Shown here piece after piece: positions 60,241 through 64,000 of a stretch of DNA of 64,000 nt. The notes under the pieces were generated by a model. The model did not search any database and was not told the origin of the DNA. It saw only the letters and a program-made list of their open reading frames with translations. Position 1 is the first letter of the stretch; the number at the start of each line of letters is the position of its first letter. Origin of the DNA: a virus (Duplodnaviria; Caudoviricetes); the IMG/VR virus record IMGVR_UViG_2597489997_000001, positions 1 through 64,000 of that record, one strand, 5' to 3'. The translations under genes and the position numbers were made by a program.

Positions 60241-60259
60241 ATAATCAGGCAGATATTAT
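60241..60259 (+). promoter_or_regulatory. Putative phage early promoter
   Basis: ATAATCAGGCAGATATTAT. Confidence 0.6.
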
Positions 60260-60287
60260 CTATACGTAATGACAGAGAGGAATTACA

Positions 60288-62408
60288 ATGAGCAAGCAAA
60301 CTAAACAAGTTAACCAAATCAAACCGAATACCGCAGGTGTGGCTATCGGGATGAACGCAAACCGAGTGACTAACTCGTCAGCACGTCTGTACATGCTGGG
60401 TAAGAACCAGGGCAAGGCCGCTGTGATTTGGGGAAGTACTAACCGCAAATACAGTTCCGGTGATGAACAAGAGTATGCGGCAACTGCTCGTAAAGTAGAG
60501 GTCGACTCTGATGTAGAAGTCGAAGAGATCTTCTTTGTTAAGAACGTTCTTAACGATAAGGAACCAAACCTCTGGGGAACATATCAAGTCGTTGTTAAAG
60601 ACCTTGAGACGGGTTATTACGACGTGATTGAAATGCCTAAGTTCAACGCTCAAAATATGGACCTCGGTTTCGAGTACCATTATGACAATGACCTTATGCG
60701 TAAGCTGGTGAAAGGAGCAAGATTCTCCCGTGGTACGATCTTTGCAACATCTGCTCGTATCAGTGAGAGTAATGAATGGTGTCCTGGGGTTCAGACTATG
60801 GTCGCGGCAATGTCGCATGCCTATACTGAAGAGGACGCCGTCGTTATCTTTGACCATTATGCCAAGAAGATCGGTGTAACGTTCAAACGTAGTTTTGATC
60901 ACCAGTGGAATGAAGACGAATACGTTCCTCTTAACTTGTATAGTGACGATCCTGATAATCCACAGATGTGTCCGTTGTCTGGACAACGTGTGCGAGATGA
61001 CGGTATCGTAATGGGCTTCCGCCGTAAAGATGCAGATGCAGCTATGGCGAGTATGACCAAGAAAGCACTTATGACCCCAGATCCAATTTATGATACTCTC
61101 TTCTATGCAGCTCCCGGCTGTATCGTGGCAGACATCTTAGTTGAGACTGAACGTTATAAGAACCTGTCCAACAACAAGCGTGCTGAAAAGCGTTCACAAC
61201 CTCATACACGTATTCTGGAGCGTTTAGAGGAAGAACAGAACGCCTTCGCTAACTCCATTGTGAAATGGTATCGCGATAAGCAGCGTCAGTATCTGGATAA
61301 ACGCCCACCACTGACCAAGGCATTATGGAACCTTATTATGTTCCAGGGTCAAGGTGCGATCACCCGTGACTTTACCACACCAAGCAGCAACGGTAAGTTC
61401 ACCAAGATCAAACGTAAGATGGGTAACATCCAGCTGAAAGACTGGCGCGTTCAGATCTTCCTTAAAGAAGATGTGGAAGGCAAAGTTCGTTTCAAGAACA
61501 CTGGTATGGACGGTAACAAATCTGTAATCATGAAGATCCTCCCAAGCTCTATGGCACCGGTAGATGATCATGGTAATATGGCGGATATGATCGTGGGTAA
61601 CACCCCTGGATTCCGTCGTCAGATTTATAGTTCGTTTATCGAACTGGATGTGAACTTTATCAACATCCACCTTTATCCTAAGATCGTTGAAGCATACGAG
61701 AAAAAGGAATACGACAAGGCATTCAAAATTGCTCGTGACTTCTATGACACCGTCTCCCCTGAACAAGCGGCGATGCTGGACGAGTTGGACGAGAAAGGAC
61801 GAATGAGTCACCTTCATTGGATCATGAAGGATGAAAACGAATTTGCAGCACTGGGTAACAATACCAATGACCTGCAAGGCGTTAAGATTGTCGAACGTTT
61901 GGTCGATAACTATCCTGAGATCCAACCAACACCTGTAACTTATATGAACGAGTTCGGAGAACAAATCCGTACCCGTCACCCAATCGTGATTAGTTCCGTC
62001 TATTATATCATGTTGGATAAGTTCGGTGATGATATCTCTTGTCAGTCCACTCCGAAACTGAACATCTTCGGCTTACCGACCTCGTTGTCGAAACATGAGC
62101 GAGCCCGTGATTTCTATCGTGCAACTCTGAACCGAAATGTGGGTGAAACTGAAGGTCGTCTGTATATCAACCAGAAAGGCGGCGCAGCTGCTGTTCGTAT
62201 CCTGGCTCTGGCTAACTCCGCTGAGTTACTGGAGGAATCGGTTAAGCGCTTAATCCGTGCAGATAACCCATTCACTATCGAGCGTCTGGTTTATCCTGGT
62301 GAAGAGAAGAACAACCACTCTCTCCAGGTTATCGATAGCATGTTGTCCGACTTTGGCTTAGTATTAAGGAAAGAAAGTGAAGAAGATAAAACTCCGGGAA
62401 TTTGCTAA
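60288..62408 (+). CDS. Non-virion RNA polymerase beta C-terminal subunit (phiKZ gp71-73-like)
   Basis: SSAR..M, EEDAVVI, K..GMDGNKSVI, APVD..G..AD, YYIMLDK and VGETEGR motifs. Confidence 0.9.
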   Translation: MSKQTKQVNQIKPNTAGVAIGMNANRVTNSSARLYMLGKNQGKAAVIWGSTNRKYSSGDEQEYAATARKVEVDSDVEVEEIFFVKNVLNDKEPNLWGTYQVVVKDLETGYYDVIEMPKFNAQNMDLGFEYHYDNDLMRKLVKGARFSRGTIFATSARISESNEWCPGVQTMVAAMSHAYTEEDAVVIFDHYAKKIGVTFKRSFDHQWNEDEYVPLNLYSDDPDNPQMCPLSGQRVRDDGIVMGFRRKDADAAMASMTKKALMTPDPIYDTLFYAAPGCIVADILVETERYKNLSNNKRAEKRSQPHTRILERLEEEQNAFANSIVKWYRDKQRQYLDKRPPLTKALWNLIMFQGQGAITRDFTTPSSNGKFTKIKRKMGNIQLKDWRVQIFLKEDVEGKVRFKNTGMDGNKSVIMKILPSSMAPVDDHGNMADMIVGNTPGFRRQIYSSFIELDVNFINIHLYPKIVEAYEKKEYDKAFKIARDFYDTVSPEQAAMLDELDEKGRMSHLHWIMKDENEFAALGNNTNDLQGVKIVERLVDNYPEIQPTPVTYMNEFGEQIRTRHPIVISSVYYIMLDKFGDDISCQSTPKLNIFGLPTSLSKHERARDFYRATLNRNVGETEGRLYINQKGGAAAVRILALANSAELLEESVKRLIRADNPFTIERLVYPGEEKNNHSLQVIDSMLSDFGLVLRKESEEDKTPGIC

Positions 62409-64000
62409 TCTCTCTTGTCTCTCCATGCTTCAGTTCACTGAACGTCGAGTGAAGATTGAGGTTATGGACGATCAGGAACAAACGGTTGTCACCGATACAT
62501 GGATGATGGCCCTAACCTGGTTCAGTCTCGTAGTACATCGTCACTTCAATAAAGAACCGTATCATATCGATGAGGTTGCAATACTTAAGTCGGAGAAAGG
62601 TCGTCAGGCATTTGTTGATGACAACTTACTTAAGAAACCAATCGATAACTTCCTGGGTCGTTTAATGCCCCAGTATGATGATCCGGTCTTCTATGACTTT
62701 GTTAAACAATTGGTGTTTACTTGGCACAACCAGGTTCACAACTATATGTGTATCAAGTCTGAAGATGCAGTAGTGTCTGCACGTGCAGTTGATATCGTTC
62801 ACGTATATCGTCATCCTAAGGTTGCTGACCTGAAGAAGCGAGTGCGTGAGCGTACAACGAATCTGGCTGATGCAGGTAAAGAGTTCGAGCAGATCATGAT
62901 GACGGAACCGGAATTCGATAAATCCGTATTTGGTCTCCTGTATCGTACTCGTTCGGTATCTTCTATTCAGTCGTTCCAGTTGGTGATTGCTCGAGGTGAC
63001 GTATTCGACCTGAACAACGTTATCTTACCAAACACCGTAATGACGTCTTATGCTGATGGTATCACAAACCTGGCTGACTCATTAGGGGACTCCAAAGGTG
63101 CTGGGTTCTCACTTATCAGTAACGGCTCTGCACTACAGGACTCCGAGTGGTTCCATAAAAAGATCCACAACGTTTCCCAAGTTGTTCAATCTGTTCAGTA
63201 TCAGACGGACTGTGGTTCTCAAATAGGACCTATCCTGAAGATTATCAGCAAGGAGTTTAAGAAGTCCCTGGCTGGTCGTTGGCGTATATTAGAAGACGGC
63301 TCCAATGAGCTTCTGATTGGTCCAGCACTGGATAAGATCGAAACCGGTGACGTAATCCAGATTCGTGATGTGGCTTGGTGTCATCTTTCTCATAAAGGTA
63401 AACCATGTTCTAAGTGTTTCGGTAAAATGGAATCAGCTTTACCATATAACCCGTACACGAAGAAATCAGCAGTTCCAGGTTTGTTCTATGGTTCAACATT
63501 TGCTGAACCTATCGGACAGTCTATCCTGAAAACTAAGCACCGTATCGGATCCGCAACATCCGTAGGGTTCAAGGTGCAACGTCAGGATATGGATTATATT
63601 ACCACGGATGAAGCAGGTGACTTCATTTACTTCAAGAAGGATATCTTGAACGAAGATGCCGATCCATACATTATCCTGGATAAAGAAACTCAACAGGACT
63701 TCTCTGACTTCCAATTCATGGATAGCTTAGATGACCTGGACACAACTCGTCTGCGTACTTATGAGACGATTAAGTTGCGCGTCAATATCGTTAACCCAAT
63801 GTTCGATGACAGAAAGGCAACACACTTCCCGATTCTTACCACAACGGTCGCATCTCGTGATGCTCGTATGACTAAGACACTGGTTGAGTATCTGCTTTCT
63901 AAGAACATGGAAGAAGAAGGTCGTACCTTTAAGATCAGTCTGAAAGACTATGATTTCAAAGAGCCTGCTTTTGAACTTCCTCAGGTTAACGAAGATCTGG
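62377..64000 (+). CDS. Non-virion RNA polymerase beta' C-terminal subunit (phiKZ gp74-like), truncated by the window end
   Basis: GTG start after AAGGA; open frame MKKIKLREFAN...; TDCGS, CH....PCSKCFG zinc site and AEPIGQSILKTKH trigger-loop-like motif; absent from the ORF track. Confidence 0.85.
   Translation, partial: MKKIKLREFANLSCLSMLQFTERRVKIEVMDDQEQTVVTDTWMMALTWFSLVVHRHFNKEPYHIDEVAILKSEKGRQAFVDDNLLKKPIDNFLGRLMPQYDDPVFYDFVKQLVFTWHNQVHNYMCIKSEDAVVSARAVDIVHVYRHPKVADLKKRVRERTTNLADAGKEFEQIMMTEPEFDKSVFGLLYRTRSVSSIQSFQLVIARGDVFDLNNVILPNTVMTSYADGITNLADSLGDSKGAGFSLISNGSALQDSEWFHKKIHNVSQVVQSVQYQTDCGSQIGPILKIISKEFKKSLAGRWRILEDGSNELLIGPALDKIETGDVIQIRDVAWCHLSHKGKPCSKCFGKMESALPYNPYTKKSAVPGLFYGSTFAEPIGQSILKTKHRIGSATSVGFKVQRQDMDYITTDEAGDFIYFKKDILNEDADPYIILDKETQQDFSDFQFMDSLDDLDTTRLRTYETIKLRVNIVNPMFDDRKATHFPILTTTVASRDARMTKTLVEYLLSKNMEEEGRTFKISLKDYDFKEPAFELPQVNEDL

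Noticed and set aside
1-64000. Alternative genetic code or stop-codon recoding
   Set aside because: Standard-code ORFs tile the window densely, all three stops are used and no suppressor tRNA is seen

Overview
Segment of a nucleus-forming, phiKZ-like jumbo phage genome (Chimalliviridae type), probably of an enteric host. Left arm (1-14.5 kb): tail tube, tail sheath, three virion genes, terminase large subunit, dTMP kinase. 14.6-19.0 kb is a leftward, mostly non-coding RNA island. It holds two large structured RNA candidates (about 610 and 320 nt, each closed by a terminal helix), four tRNAs (Ile2-CAU, Arg-UCU, Ser-GCU, Asn-GUU), tRNA-like remnants, a glutaredoxin, a Tad2-like sponge and an array of repeated long hairpins with a conserved ACTCATTC loop. 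19-37.6 kb is a rightward block of small hypothetical, probably early, genes. 37.7-64 kb is the conserved core block: PhuZ tubulin, PolB-type polymerase subunit, chimallin, nvRNAP subunits, SbcD-like nuclease, ChmC-like, gp68-like and PicA/Imp1-like genes, with a Tad1-like plus Acb1-like anti-defence pair inserted. Family calls rest on recognised motifs and recalled phiKZ synteny; no searches were run. The best candidate for an undescribed system is the ncRNA and repeat island.
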